Assembly: GCA_963840855.1 (NCBI GenBank) | Contig: CAWJBB010000039.1 | Coordinates: 32,001-96,000, forward strand | Source of the DNA: an uncultured delta proteobacterium | GTDB taxonomy: Bacteria > Desulfobacterota > Binatia > UBA9968 | Length of the DNA: 64,000 bases | Direction: 5' to 3' | In this document: positions 10,830 through 22,189 of the stretch, piece after piece | How the letters are laid out: every line of letters starts with the position of its first letter | Position numbering within the stretch: position 1 is the stretch's first letter | Made by a program: the position numbers and the translations under genes | Notes under the pieces: generated by a model | The model's database searches: none | Seen by the model: only the letters and a program-made list of their open reading frames with translations | What the model was told of the DNA's origin: nothing

Positions 10830-12985
10830 TCAATTGATCGGCACATCCCCAGCCGTACCCCAACCCACGAACTGACTGCCTCCGCTCGAATTCGATGATA
10901 AACCATGCCCCGTCTCTAAACACCGCCACGTCCGTCTTGCCGTCCCCGTCATAGTCCGCCGGCACCGGTTTATCCTGTGCCGCTCCACCCCAACCCACTA
11001 CCTGTATCCCCCCGCTCGAATTGTTGATAAACCAGATCCCGTCTCTATACACCGCTACATCCGTCTTACCATCCCCGTCATAGTCCCCGGGCACCGGCAC
11101 ATCTCCTGCCGTACCCCAACCCACGAACTGACTGCCTCCGCTCGAATTCAAGATAAACCAGGCACCGTCACGGAAGACCGCTACATCCGTCTTACCGTCC
11201 CCGTCATAGTCCGCCGGCACCGGTATATCCTGTGCCGCTCCGCCCCAACCCACTACCTGTACTTCCCCGCTCGAATTCATAGATAAACCATGATACCGTC
11301 GCGGAACACCGCTACATCCGTCTTACCATCCCCATCATAGTCCCCGGGCACCGGCACATCTCCCGCCGTACCCCAACCCACGAACTGACTGCCTCCGCTC
11401 GAATTCAAGATAAACCAGACACCGTCACGGAAGACCGCTACATCACTCTTCCCATCCCCATCGTAGTCCCCTTGCACTGGAACGTCTTGGGCTGCTCCGC
11501 CCCATCCGACCACCGTGTTTCCTCCATTTGAGTTCAGAATGAACCATGCCCCGTTGCGGTATACCCCGACGTCGGTCTTTTTGTCACCGTCAAAATCGTT
11601 TTCGGTGCTGCCTTTCATTATCGTAAAATAGTCGCCCACAACACCCGTGGTGTCGTCGATGAACCGGGCGTCAAGTCGATTGCCGTTGATGTCGAGCACG
11701 AGTGAGCCAAACTTCTCCAGGAAGATATAGCCGGCCGGGTGAATCTCGCCGTTCGAGGCTCAGCCTGCTCGAACTGCCGACTATGGCATACACCGCGCCT
11801 TTGTGCGGCCGCCGTCCAGCGCTGGCTTTTCGTATGGACCGGTATCGTCAACGCGGCCGCTGCCGCCATCAACTTTCATGCCTGCGGTAAACGTAGGTCG
11901 ATAAGCCATAGTGGCCGTCGATCAGATAGGATCTTTGATACCACTGGGCGTGCGCAGTTAGCACAAGATCGACGCCGCCCGCCTCGAGGATCGGCAACAC
12001 GTTTTCCCGCATCTCAACATTTAGTATAGGGTCAGTATCCGAATCAAGCGAGCCCTTGGAATAAGGCGGGTGGTGCCAATAGGCGATGATCCACGGCTTC
12101 GTGGTCGCTGCCAGATCATTTGTCAACCAGGTCAGCATGGCGCCGCTCGTTGCACGGCTGGTTTCGAACGAATCAAGCACGATAAAATGAATATTGCCGA
12201 AGTCGAAAGAATAATAAGCTTCCGTTCCCGAGGCTACGCCACCGGCTTCGCCGTAACTTGGGCAGCGTGAAAATATCATAATAGGGCCCGGTCTGGGTCG
12301 CCGAGTCAGCCGTCACGCCGTCGTGATTCCCTAAGGTCGGCCACACCACCGATTGGCGCAGCAGCGTCGGGTACATGTTGAATACCGCATTCTGGTACTC
12401 CAGGTCCGTACCGCTCTCATAGGCATTGTCCCCCAGCATCAACCACAGATCGGTATGGCGCGTGCCGGTAAAATTGAGGTAGGCATTGCGCACCGCCGCC
12501 GCTTTCAACCCTCCGCCGGGGACGCCCCGTCGCCGGAATCGCCGATGACCCAGATACGCGTCGGTTGCGCCACCCCGGGCGGCGGCGCGGTAGCAAAAAA
12601 ATGACCGCTATCGCCGCCAGCCAGAACCTGGGTAGTGCTGCCGATGGAATAATAATAAAGCGTATCGGGCGTGAGACCGGTGAGCGTCACGATGTGCTCG
12701 GTGGTGGCCGCCGGCAAGTCGACAGTATTGGTAAGACTAGTTGGGCTGGCACCATACCGGACCCGGCTATTGGTCGCTGCGCTGGTGCGCCATCGGATGA
12801 CAATGCTCGTCGACGTGCCCAGTTGGAGGTAAGGGCCGCGAGTAACCGTTTGTGCGATCGCGACATTCGAGTCGCAAAGCGCAATTGCCGCAGGCGAAGA
12901 GCAGAACCAGCCGCCACACCGGCAAGGTTCGAAACTTGGTCAAAGGGCGCTCCGCGCCGGCAAGATAGTCATACTGTTTTTTCAT
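10830..12985 (-). CDS. Purple-acid-phosphatase-type metallophosphoesterase, copy 2, with six FG-GAP-like repeats; many frameshifts
   Basis: Fragments carry RGPYLQ, GDSG, GDNAY, GNHD, WHHPPY; start [10 protein letters not shown]; ends GDVPIN* at 10830. Confidence 0.8.
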
Positions 12986-13283
12986 GGGTCTCCGTTTCAC
13001 GGCAAACAAAGCTGTGCGCCATTTGCGTAGCAACATCCTATGATTAAAGATGAAAGACTCGTGCCGCGAACCACTTGAGGCTCAGGAACGATGGCATATA
13101 GCCGCGACTTGTATTGCAGGGCGTTGTACCTCTTGTCTCAGTTTCGCGAAATAAATCGCTCGTCGTACCGGTCAAGACCTCGAAGCGATGAGTAGTCATC
13201 GCCAATGACGTAACACCCGCCAGACTTGTCGGGGATATATATTGATTTCGAAGCGGACTGTCAACGTGACAAAAATACACAAC

Positions 13284-13319
13284 AAAAACCGGCAGCCCTC
13301 TGACGAGCTGCCGGTTTTT
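13284..13319. terminator. Intrinsic terminator hairpin (bidirectional) between the two phosphatase genes
   Basis: AAAAACCGGCAGC-loop-GCTGCCGGTTTTT perfect stem with A/T tracts. Confidence 0.75.
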
Positions 13320-13482
13320 CTTAAATTCTCTGAAGTTATCTAACTGTCCTGTGAAGGCCGAGAATTGCGTTGATTGTCTATGTTTGAACCACCGCAACAA
13401 CGTTCTCGAGGATGTTTGATCACCTGTCTGAATATTTTAATCCGGTTTTCGAGTTTTAAAGTCCCCTTTCATCTGAGCCCTC

Positions 13483-15636
13483 TCAATTGATCGGTATATC
13501 CCCAGCCGTGCCCCAGCCGACCACTTGCGTCCCGCCGCTCGACTTGAGGATATACCACGCTCCATCTCTAAATATCGCCACATCCGTCCTTCCCGTCCCC
13601 ATCATAGTCCGCCGGCACCGGCACATCCTGCGCCGCTCCACCCCAACCCATTGCCTGTGTCCCGCCATTCGAATTCATGATGTACCACGCCCCACTGCGA
13701 TATACCGCCACGTCCGTCTTGCCGTCCCCGTCGTAATCCCCAGGCACCGGCACATCCTGCTGCCGCTCCACCCCAGCCCACTGCCTGTGTCCCTCCGGTC
13801 GATTTCACGATGAACCACGCCCCACTGCGATATACCGCCACGTCCGTCTTGCCATCCCCGTCGTAATCCCCAGGCACCGGCACGTCCTGCTGCCACTCCC
13901 CAGCTCACCACCTGAATCCCGCCCGTAGATTTCAAGATAAACCACGTTCCGTTTCTAAACACCGCTACATCTGCTCTTGCCGTCGCCGTCATAATCCGCG
14001 GGTACCGGCACATCCCCCGCCGTACCCCAATTTACTACCTGACTCCCGCCCGTAGACTTCAAGATAAACCAGGCCCCGCTCGCGGAAGACTGCTACATCA
14101 CTCTTCCCGTCGCCGTCGTAGTCCGCTTGCACTGGAATATCCTGGGTTGCTCCACCCCAACCTACCGCGCTCATCCCGCCATTGGAGTTTAAAATGAACC
14201 ATGCGCCATTGCGGTACACCGCCACGTCGGTCTTTTTGTCACCGTCAAAATCAACCTGCGGCTTCTGTGTGGTGCCGCCTTTCATAATCGTAAAATAGTC
14301 GCCCACGGCGCCCGCGCTGTCGATGAATCGAGCGTCAAGACGATTGCCGTCGATGTCGAGCACCAGTGAGCCGAGCTTGTTGAGCAAGATAAAGTTACTA
14401 GGGTGATTCAATGCGGGGCTTAGCTTGCCTGAACTACCGGCTACGACGTACACCGCGCCTTGGTGCGGCACGGCATCCAGGGCTGACTTTTCGTAAGGAC
14501 CGGTATCATCGACACGCCCGCTGCCACCGTCAACTTTCATGCCTGCCGTAAACGAGCTCGATAAACCATAGTGGCCGTCGATCAGGTAAGATCTCTGATA
14601 CCAGTGGGCGTGTCCCGTCGAGCACAAGATCGACGCCGCCCGCCTCGAGGATCGGCAGCACGTTTTGACGCATCTGCTTTTGTATAGGGTCAGTATCCGA
14701 ATTATGAGAACCATCAGCGCCGTTGGAATAAGGCGGGTGGTGCCAATAGGCGATGATCCACGGCTGCGTGGTCGCTGCCAGATCACTAGTTAACCAGGTA
14801 AGCATGGCGCCGTTCGGCGCGCGGCTGGATTCGAACGAATCAAGCACGATAAAATGAATATTACCGAAGTCGAATGAATAATAAGCTTCCGTTCCCGAGG
14901 CTACGCCGCCTGCTTCGGCGTTCCTGGGCACCGAGAAAATATCAAAATAAGGCCCGCTCTGGCTTGCCGAGTCAGCCGAGACGCTGTCGTGATTACCCAA
15001 CGTCGGCCACAACACAGATTGGCGCAGCAGCGTCGGGTACATGTTGAATACCGCATTCTGGAATTCCGCGTCCGTACCGCTCTCATAGGCATTATCTCCC
15101 AACATCAACCACAGATCGGTATGGCGCGCGCCGGTAAAATTGAGATACGCGTCGCGCACCGCCGCCGCGTTCGCGTCTGCAGTGCCGGAATCGCCGATGA
15201 CCCAGATCCGCGTCGGTTGCGCCACTCCAGTTGGCGGCGCGGTGACAAAAAAATGACTGCTATCGCCGCCGGCCAGGACTTGATTAGTATTGCCGACGGA
15301 ATAGTAATAAAGCGTGTCGGGCGTGAGTCCGGTGAGCCGCACCGCGTGGTCGGTCCTGACCGTCGACGAGTCGGCGATATTTGTAAGCGCAGCCGGGCTG
15401 AAACCAAAGCGCACTCGGCCATTGGTTGGCAGGTCCGTACGCCAGCGGATGACAACGCCCGTTGAGCTGCCCAGTTGCAGGTAAGGGCCGCGGGTGACCG
15501 TTTGTGCCAGAGCGACATTCGAATCGCAAAGCGCTACTGCCAATGCAACTAGCAGAACCAGCCGCCACTCCGGCAACCGTCGAGCCTTGGTCATCGAGCG
15601 CTTCACGCCGGCAAGATAGTCGTACGGTTTTTTCAT
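13483..15636 (-). CDS. Purple-acid-phosphatase-type metallophosphoesterase, copy 1, with six FG-GAP-like repeats; several frameshifts
   Basis: Signal peptide, FN3-like N-domain, GDSG, GDNAY, GNHD, HHPPY, GHAH ligand motifs; ends GDIPIN*. Confidence 0.85.
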
Positions 15637-15661
15637 GGGTCCCCGTTGCAGAGAGAAATCT

Positions 15662-16600
15662 CTATCGTTGAGATTCCTCGAGTTTCGCCAGCGACGCGCG
15701 CGCCTGGGCCTCTAAATCCAGCACTGTTTTGGTCCGCCGCCGGCTGGCCGGTAGTGTGTTGATCGCCGTCAAGGCGGCGTTTAAGGAATCGCGGGCTTCA
15801 GAAACCCGGCCGGCATCGGCCAAGATCGCGGCGCGCTGCACCAGCCATTGCTCTTTTCGCGGCATGCGCGACAAAAGCTTATCGATGCGCGCGACCGCGG
15901 CGTCATGCCGGCCGCGACGCAGTTCGAGATCGATCGCCAGGGTTTCCAAGGTCACCAGCGGACCGAGCCGAGTCATTCCTTCCTCCAGGCCGCGCAACGC
16001 TTCATCGATCCCCTCAAACTGTGTGGCAGAAAGGCGCGCTCGTTCCAAAAACCAGTCGGGCTGCGGCCGCGTGCTGCGCGCGATGGCTCTGTCCAAGTCG
16101 GCTATCGCTTCGTTAACCGCGCCAAGCTGTGCCAGCGCCCGCGCACGCAATACGTTAGCCTCCGCATGGTCACCGTTGAATTCAAAAAACTTATCGAGAG
16201 CCTGTTTCGCATCTTCGGTGCGACCCGACTCGAGCAGCGTTTCGCCGCGGCGCAGGTGAACAACGTAAGCGTTTGGATCGAGTTCGGCGGCACGGTCGAA
16301 ATCGCGCAGCGCGGCTTCCCAGTCACGGTGCGTATGGTGCAGTTGCCCGCGCTTTATAAACAGAGCGGCATTCCCCGGTTCGCGCTCGATCTGTTTGGTG
16401 ACAATTTCGACTCGGGCTTCGATTTCGGGATGAGCCGCAACGGTGACAGGAAGAAACAAAGTTATCTGGCATGCGACCGCAGCGGCGCGCCACCTACGCT
16501 GCAACAACCGATGATTGGAAGGTGAACAATCCGCTGCGCCATTCACCTTTGGCTCAGGCCCAAGGGCAAGAATCGGCGAGTTTACTTTGAGACGTCGCAT
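15662..16600 (-). CDS. Tetratricopeptide repeat protein, probably exported
   Basis: Multiple TPR helices (ALFIKRGQL..ALRDFDRAAELDP); hydrophobic segment before AHPEIE; GGAG RBS. Confidence 0.85.
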   Translation of the reverse strand: MRRLKVNSPILALGPEPKVNGAADCSPSNHRLLQRRWRAAAVACQITLFLPVTVAAHPEIEARVEIVTKQIEREPGNAALFIKRGQLHHTHRDWEAALRDFDRAAELDPNAYVVHLRRGETLLESGRTEDAKQALDKFFEFNGDHAEANVLRARALAQLGAVNEAIADLDRAIARSTRPQPDWFLERARLSATQFEGIDEALRGLEEGMTRLGPLVTLETLAIDLELRRGRHDAAVARIDKLLSRMPRKEQWLVQRAAILADAGRVSEARDSLNAALTAINTLPASRRRTKTVLDLEAQARASLAKLEESQR

Positions 16601-16742
16601 CTCTTGTCTCCGTTCCACAAGATCACACGCGGCACCGGCTATCCTCCGCACTGCCTTACAACAGCTTCAAAACACGCAGCATCGTCGCCGCCCCTTGTAT
16701 CAAAACTCGGATGTAATTGAAACTCTGCCGTCGACTGATCGA

Positions 16743-16972
16743 GGTAGTGCTGTTAAACCCGGATTCCGCAGTTGGTTAAAAAAGATTTCCGTGAGCGAAA
16801 AAAGTGATCGCACAATATGTCTTTACAGCATCGTGACAATCTTGCGGCCATTCACCGCTTTCAACTGCGGCGCAGTTGGAATCCCCCGGATAAGTAGTTG
16901 AATCGTAAAGCCTGATTTTTGTTCATATATCTCATTGCAGTTTCGACTGCGGAATCCGGCTATAACACTGCC
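16743..16972. mobile_element. MITE-like element bounded by imperfect inverted repeats of about 30 bp
   Basis: GGTAGTGCTGTTAAACCCGGATTCCGCAGT vs reverse complement GGCAGTGTTATAGCCGGATTCCGCAGT (14-bp exact core); no coding capacity. Confidence 0.45.
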
Positions 16973-17006
16973 CCAACCGATGCTTTTCCTGGTCTGTTGC
17001 GACACA

Positions 17007-17150
17007 TGGAGTGTGCGTTGTCTTTGCAAGTTGCTTGTCACTCCCGGCCTCCAGATGAAAAACCCGACGATGAGACCCCAACCGCCCGGACTCAGCCAGC
17101 CGCTATCCGAGCAAGGACAACAGGTCGGCTTCTCGTGACGTGTCACTGGG
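17007..17150 (-). mobile_element. Possible second orphan IS110-family non-coding end
   Basis: TGACACGTCA..GACCTGTTG..CGGATAGCGGCTGG..GTCTCATCGTCGGG..CACACTCCA resembles, from memory, IS110 leaders; no transposase downstream; unverified. Confidence 0.35.
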
Positions 17151-17202
17151 ACCAAGCATGTACGATAGTGGCAACCCACACCGCCATGTTAAGCTCGACG
17201 GA

Positions 17203-17703
17203 CTAGCTTAAATTGGATGAATTTGGCAGGCCGCGGTTGTTTCTAAACCTGCGTTTAACCGCCGCAAGGATGGAATCGTATATCCTGCGTCGCCAGCTCC
17301 CTGGAACGAAGAAATAGCGATCCTTGAGGGTTCTAAACTTGCTCGTCACAAGCCAACCAAAACTTCCGTAGACCATATCCAGGGTCATATTTTGATTCTG
17401 AAGGACAACGCCGAGGCGAGACAATTCACTATTCAAACGCTTTTGCTTGAGCTCATGCTGCGCTAACTGAAGATCCTTTTCACGCAGAATGTTTGCCTGG
17501 GTCTCATAGCGCTCCGTTAATTGTGCGTTGGTCACTCTCAACTGGGTCCCTTCTTGAATTAGCGCATCTCGCTCCGTTATCAGTTCGGCGACGTACGCGC
17601 CTCTTTCCGCGAGTGCCTGCTCCCTGCCAGTTAGCGTTGTTTCAAGGCGGGTGACCTCCTGCAAAAGCCGGTGGTTTTCTGCCGCGAAATTTCTTAGATC
17701 CAT
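17203..17703 (-). CDS. Coiled-coil protein with a C-terminal SxxWxxT amphipathic motif (glycan chain-length-regulator-like tail)
   Basis: Long heptad-rich helix then YGSFGWLVTSKFR; overlaps the upstream gene by 10 nt. Confidence 0.7.
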   Translation of the reverse strand: MDLRNFAAENHRLLQEVTRLETTLTGREQALAERGAYVAELITERDALIQEGTQLRVTNAQLTERYETQANILREKDLQLAQHELKQKRLNSELSRLGVVLQNQNMTLDMVYGSFGWLVTSKFRTLKDRYFFVPGSWRRRIYDSILAAVKRRFRNNRGLPNSSNLS

Positions 17704-18770
17704 GTCTTGTTGCGCGATCCGCTGATTTTGAGTTTTTGCAACCCTCCCGGCTTCCCGGTGTGGCCATCATGTTCCGCTATTTCTTGGATTAACCTGGCAT
17801 TCTCATTTTCTCGACCAGCCAAGGCCTGCTTGAGAACTGTAACTTGCCCGTCGCGGTCGGCGACGCTCCGGGTTAACCGCGCAATCTCGCCATCACGTCG
17901 CGTCATGTAGCGAAGGGCGGGAAAAATCTCCTGGAGGCGTTGCTCCAAACAACGAAAAGACTTGCGGACTTCCGCGGAGTCCAACGACAACTCGTCCCGT
18001 GCGAGCTTTTCTAGCAGTGCATACGCCTCGATCGCTTCTTTGGGCACGGCGGGATCGAGTCCGAGATCTTCGAGTTGAAAGCGTGAGTGACGTAGCCGTT
18101 CATCTAAAAACTCTCCCGTGTACTCATCGATCCCGGCCTCGTCTGCAACAAAACGCAAGTCGAGCGCTTTGACTATCCGGCGCAGCTGCTCCGCGGGTCG
18201 ATCCATGAGACGGTCGTAACTCACCACCACCCTGGGACTTCCCTCGCTGCCGAGAATGCTGGGAACCATATGTCCGAGCCACAAATAGTGTGCTTTTTCA
18301 TCGTCGAAGCCGTCCCGTTTCTCGAGAGACCGCGCCACGCTCATAGGATGGCGGGATGCAATGACGTATGCGACATCAGCGCCCACGTGTTCGAACACGC
18401 TTTTCCAGAAGCGCAATAACCGCGCGGTACGAGGATCCTTAATTCCAAATACCAATGAACCGTCAATTTTCTTTCGGACCATCTCGATGGCACGCAGCCT
18501 GAATGGCACCAGATCCTCGCGCTCGAACTCCGACGCATCGATCGGCTGAAGCGCGTGCCAATCCTGTCCCAAATGACGCATCAGTTCGATGTTGAACCCG
18601 TTCACATCATGGTCTTCCCAAAATCCCTTTTCGTTATCTCCCTCGATAGCGGGCATAAGGCGATCGCCCAATTCCACCCCCAGCGCTTTGAGACCGCGCG
18701 TGAGCGCACTCGTACCAGAGCGATGCATTCCAAGCACGATAATTAGACGCTGTCGAACGTTTTGCATCAT
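17694..18770 (-). CDS. Sulfotransferase-family P-loop protein with coiled-coil tail
   Basis: LGMHRSGTS, KGFWE, KDPR, RHPMSVARSL motifs. Confidence 0.85.
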   Translation of the reverse strand: MMQNVRQRLIIVLGMHRSGTSALTRGLKALGVELGDRLMPAIEGDNEKGFWEDHDVNGFNIELMRHLGQDWHALQPIDASEFEREDLVPFRLRAIEMVRKKIDGSLVFGIKDPRTARLLRFWKSVFEHVGADVAYVIASRHPMSVARSLEKRDGFDDEKAHYLWLGHMVPSILGSEGSPRVVVSYDRLMDRPAEQLRRIVKALDLRFVADEAGIDEYTGEFLDERLRHSRFQLEDLGLDPAVPKEAIEAYALLEKLARDELSLDSAEVRKSFRCLEQRLQEIFPALRYMTRRDGEIARLTRSVADRDGQVTVLKQALAGRENENARLIQEIAEHDGHTGKPGGLQKLKISGSRNKTWI

Positions 18771-18968
18771 TGGGCTGCCACTGCCGCTGTTCCATTAAGG
18801 GTAAAATTGGCTTGCAAGGGAAAAGGTGAAACAATCAAGTGAGCGCTACAGGTCATCGGCAAGATGATAACGTATTTTTTTAGCCACCGGAAACCATTTC
18901 CCGCACCGGCTTTGGTGACTAGAAGGATGCTAAAAAAAGGAATTCCATCCTTCGACAGGCTGAGAGAG

Positions 18969-19259
18969 TTTCGGCTCTACTTGCCGGAAAAGTGGGCTAA
19001 GGATCGGCGGCGGCGGAAAAAAGCCCGTGTACCCAAGGGAGTGAAGTTTCTTACTAAACCCGAAATCGCACTGGAGCAGATCCGGACGGAGAAAGGTGGG
19101 TGAGTTGCGGCTGGCATCGTGCTGGCGGATGCGGCCTACGACAATAAGTTGGCGCGAGGCGTTGAGCGCGATGGGGTTGGAGCGCTGCGCGTGCGGGCGG
19201 CGCATCGCGATGAAAAGCGTAAGACCCTGCGTGAAGAACAATCGTTGCTGATCGAATGG
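18969..19259 (+). pseudogene. IS701-family transposase remnant
   Basis: RLYLPEKWAKD..ARVPKGVKFLTKPEIALEQI, VLADAAY, LLIEW fragments with stops and deletions. Confidence 0.8.
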
Positions 19260-19526
19260 TTGCGTACAGGTTCTTGCTGGCAGACCGGCTTAAACATGGC
19301 GGCTCTAAAAAACTCCACTCAATCAAAAACGCCTTCTCTACCCGCATTACACACCTCGCGGGAGCTGCGGACCGAGCCTAACGTGGGCGATTCGATGGGG
19401 CAATTAGCCGCTAGGAAAAGAACCTTTTTGCCAACAAAGAATAGCGCCGAACCAGCGCCGCCACTGGCAAGAATTCAAGCTGCGATACCACTGCCCCGGA
19501 AGTGGTTGACATCGAAGAATATGATC

Positions 19527-21401
19527 CTAATTGATCGGCACGTCTCCCACCGTGCCCCAGCCTACGACCTCTGACGTGCTATCTGACGAACGTAAGATGA
19601 ACCATGCACCGTTCCTAAACACCGCCACATCCGTCTTCCCATCGCCATCGTAATCCGCCGGTACTGGCACATCCCCCGCCATTCCCCAACCCACTACCTG
19701 ACTCCCACCGCTTGATTTCAAGATCCACCATGCACCGTTCCTGAACACCGCTTCATCCGTCTCCCCGTCCCCATCATAATCCCCAGGCACCGGCACATCC
19801 CCCGCCATTCCCCAACCCACTACCTGACTCCCACCGCTTGATTTCAAGATCCACCATGCACCGTTCCTGAACACCGCTTCATCCGTCTCCCCGTCCCCAT
19901 CATAATCCCCAGGCACCGGCACATCCCCCGCCATTCCCCAACCCACTACCTGACTCCCACCGCTTGATTTCAAGATCCACCATGCACCGTTCCTGAACAC
20001 CGCTTCATCCGTCTCCCCGTCCCCATCATAATCCCCAGGCACCGGCACATCCTGGGCTGCCCCTCCCCATCCTACTACCTGGTTGCCGCCGCTCGATTTC
20101 ATAATATACCACTCGCCGCTGCGATAGATCGCCACATCCGCCTTCCCGTCCCCATCGTAGTCCGCCGCTACCGGCACATCCTGGGGTGCCCCTCCCCAAC
20201 CCACCACCGTCATTCCTCCGTTGGAGTTTTGGATAAACCATGCGCCATTACGGTACACCGTTATATCGGTCGCGCCGTCGTTGTCAAAATCATTTACTCC
20301 GCCGCCGATTTTGAGCGCCGTGCCTTGGAATACAAATCCATCGCTGTCGGAACCAACAAAAGATACTACAGTTTTGCTCCCACTCATTTTGCCATGCGAT
20401 ATCGTCTCAACAAACGCGCCGCCAGAATATTGTATGCTACCGGAAATAACCCCAGCGCCGTCGATCGTCAACGTTCCCCCGCTCACCGAGTCGGGGAACG
20501 GATCGGCATCGAAAAAGACGGTTCCACCCGTGATCGCTCCGCTGGAATTGACGATAACGGTACCTCGCTCCATACCAGCGTTGTTGAACAACGGGTCGTC
20601 CCAAAAAGTGTGAAATTGCCACCGCCCAGCCAGATCTGCGGTAGAAAACGCCCCTCCCGCTTTGATAAACTCCCCGGCCAAAACAAAACCAGTATTGTCG
20701 GTCCCCACGTAAGCCCCGGTGGTTTTTCCCGCATCCAGCTTTCCCTGGGAAAGAGTCATCACAAGCCCGCTGGAAAAGTTGATCGTACCCGTAAAAACGC
20801 CACTGCTGTTGATCGAAATCGACCCACCATTGACGTTGACGATTGTATTCAAGTCATTTCTGAAACTGCCGCCTGTAATGGTTCCGCTTGAGTTTGTTAT
20901 TATCGTTCCCCGGGTCCAGCTAGCGGTATCCGCTCCTGGGTCGCCGAGAAAACTGTGAAAATGCCATGTCCCTGCAAGATCGGCGGTAGCAAAGGCTCCT
21001 CCTGCCTTGACCGCGCTTCCCTTTAACCGATAGCCCTGGTTATCGGTGCCGACAAATGATATGAGGTTTTTGCCTTTGTCCATCTTGCCATGCGAAAATG
21101 TCGATGTAACCCCGTTGGACGACACTATCGTTCCTGAAAGAAATCCAAGGTTGTTCACTGACAATGATCCGCTAAGAGTTACCGAATTGTCGGTAAGGGA
21201 ACCGGCAGTGACCACCCCACTACTATTGAACGTGGCGGTTCCCGTCTTCCAACCTGGATCATCGACATTTGGGTGATCAAAAAACACGAATAAATGCCAG
21301 GTTCCTGAAAGATCCGCTCTGCTGAAAGCAGCCGATGACACGCCCGGCATCGATACCACGAGCCAGACAAGAATTGGGACTACGCGCTTAAAAGCCTTCA
21401 T
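19527..21401 (-). CDS. Secreted protein with three repeated beta-rich domains plus six FG-GAP-like repeats
   Basis: Signal peptide; three ADLxGxWxF-initiated units of about 115 aa; ends GDVPIN*; intact ORF. Confidence 0.85.
   Translation of the reverse strand: MKAFKRVVPILVWLVVSMPGVSSAAFSRADLSGTWHLFVFFDHPNVDDPGWKTGTATFNSSGVVTAGSLTDNSVTLSGSLSVNNLGFLSGTIVSSNGVTSTFSHGKMDKGKNLISFVGTDNQGYRLKGSAVKAGGAFATADLAGTWHFHSFLGDPGADTASWTRGTIITNSSGTITGGSFRNDLNTIVNVNGGSISINSSGVFTGTINFSSGLVMTLSQGKLDAGKTTGAYVGTDNTGFVLAGEFIKAGGAFSTADLAGRWQFHTFWDDPLFNNAGMERGTVIVNSSGAITGGTVFFDADPFPDSVSGGTLTIDGAGVISGSIQYSGGAFVETISHGKMSGSKTVVSFVGSDSDGFVFQGTALKIGGGVNDFDNDGATDITVYRNGAWFIQNSNGGMTVVGWGGAPQDVPVAADYDGDGKADVAIYRSGEWYIMKSSGGNQVVGWGGAAQDVPVPGDYDGDGETDEAVFRNGAWWILKSSGGSQVVGWGMAGDVPVPGDYDGDGETDEAVFRNGAWWILKSSGGSQVVGWGMAGDVPVPGDYDGDGETDEAVFRNGAWWILKSSGGSQVVGWGMAGDVPVPADYDGDGKTDVAVFRNGAWFILRSSDSTSEVVGWGTVGDVPIN
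19681..20052. repeat. Three essentially identical 126-bp tandem units (42 aa each)
   Basis: Units start at 19681, 19807 and 19933 and encode [42 protein letters not shown]. Confidence 0.9.
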
Positions 21402-22189
21402 AAATCTTATCGAACCTCCAAATATAACATCGCGTTTTTGGCAGCTGTTTATGTGGCGTTATCCGCGCATGACGGATCACACCTTGACGGGTTTCTTTTA
21501 CGGGTCGTTGCTATAAAGCCTGACGCAATTTAAGAGCCAGCGCGCTATGGTTCGTCTTATCATTCCCCCTTGTCACAAAAAGTATTTATGTGACCAATCC
21601 GGGAGTAAAAGCGCACATGCAGCTCAGGGCGGGTGGACAATTTCCAGATGACAACGGACGTTTTGGCGGTATGGTCAAAATTTTGACGATTTCATAGGAA
21701 CTCCAGCGGATCACATCAAAAGCGCTGTTGTAAAATCCTGGCGGGATTTGGATCAACAATCCGAACTGATGGCACTAACTAACTAATGATTATCACGACA
21801 ACGGTTATTGGCTCGTGAAAATTTGGATCGATTGAAATGTTTGCGGGGGAGATACTCGGACCAAGGCGAAATTGCGGGCTACACACACCAAGCGCGACGC
21901 TTATGCATCAACTTCCAGTAGCGTAACAAGACATACCGCGCGTCAGAATCAGCGTTCAGCCCAGCGCGGCGAAGCCGTACCCGAAAGGAGTGAGAAGAGA
22001 AACGCGATTTAACCAATAGAGTAGGCGAGTGAGCGCTGCTGAGAGTCAGCACGACTCGCTCACCCTTCGTCGAACCGACCGAGAGGCCCTCTCGTCTATT
22101 CCCCGCCTTCCTGCCGCGACATGGATGGGGCTTGCTAAATTTGAATTTTTCTTTCTTCCCGTCTCATCGTTTGCTAGCATAAGGATCAA

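Noticed and set aside
12990-13400. Riboswitch or 118-aa ORF upstream of phosphatase copy 2
   Set aside because: No aptamer consensus recognised; the ORF crosses a clear terminator and looks non-coding
2760-21575. Shared GCGCTATGGTTC motif near 2763 and 21542
   Set aside because: Only 12 bp plus weak flanks in two copies; compatible with chance
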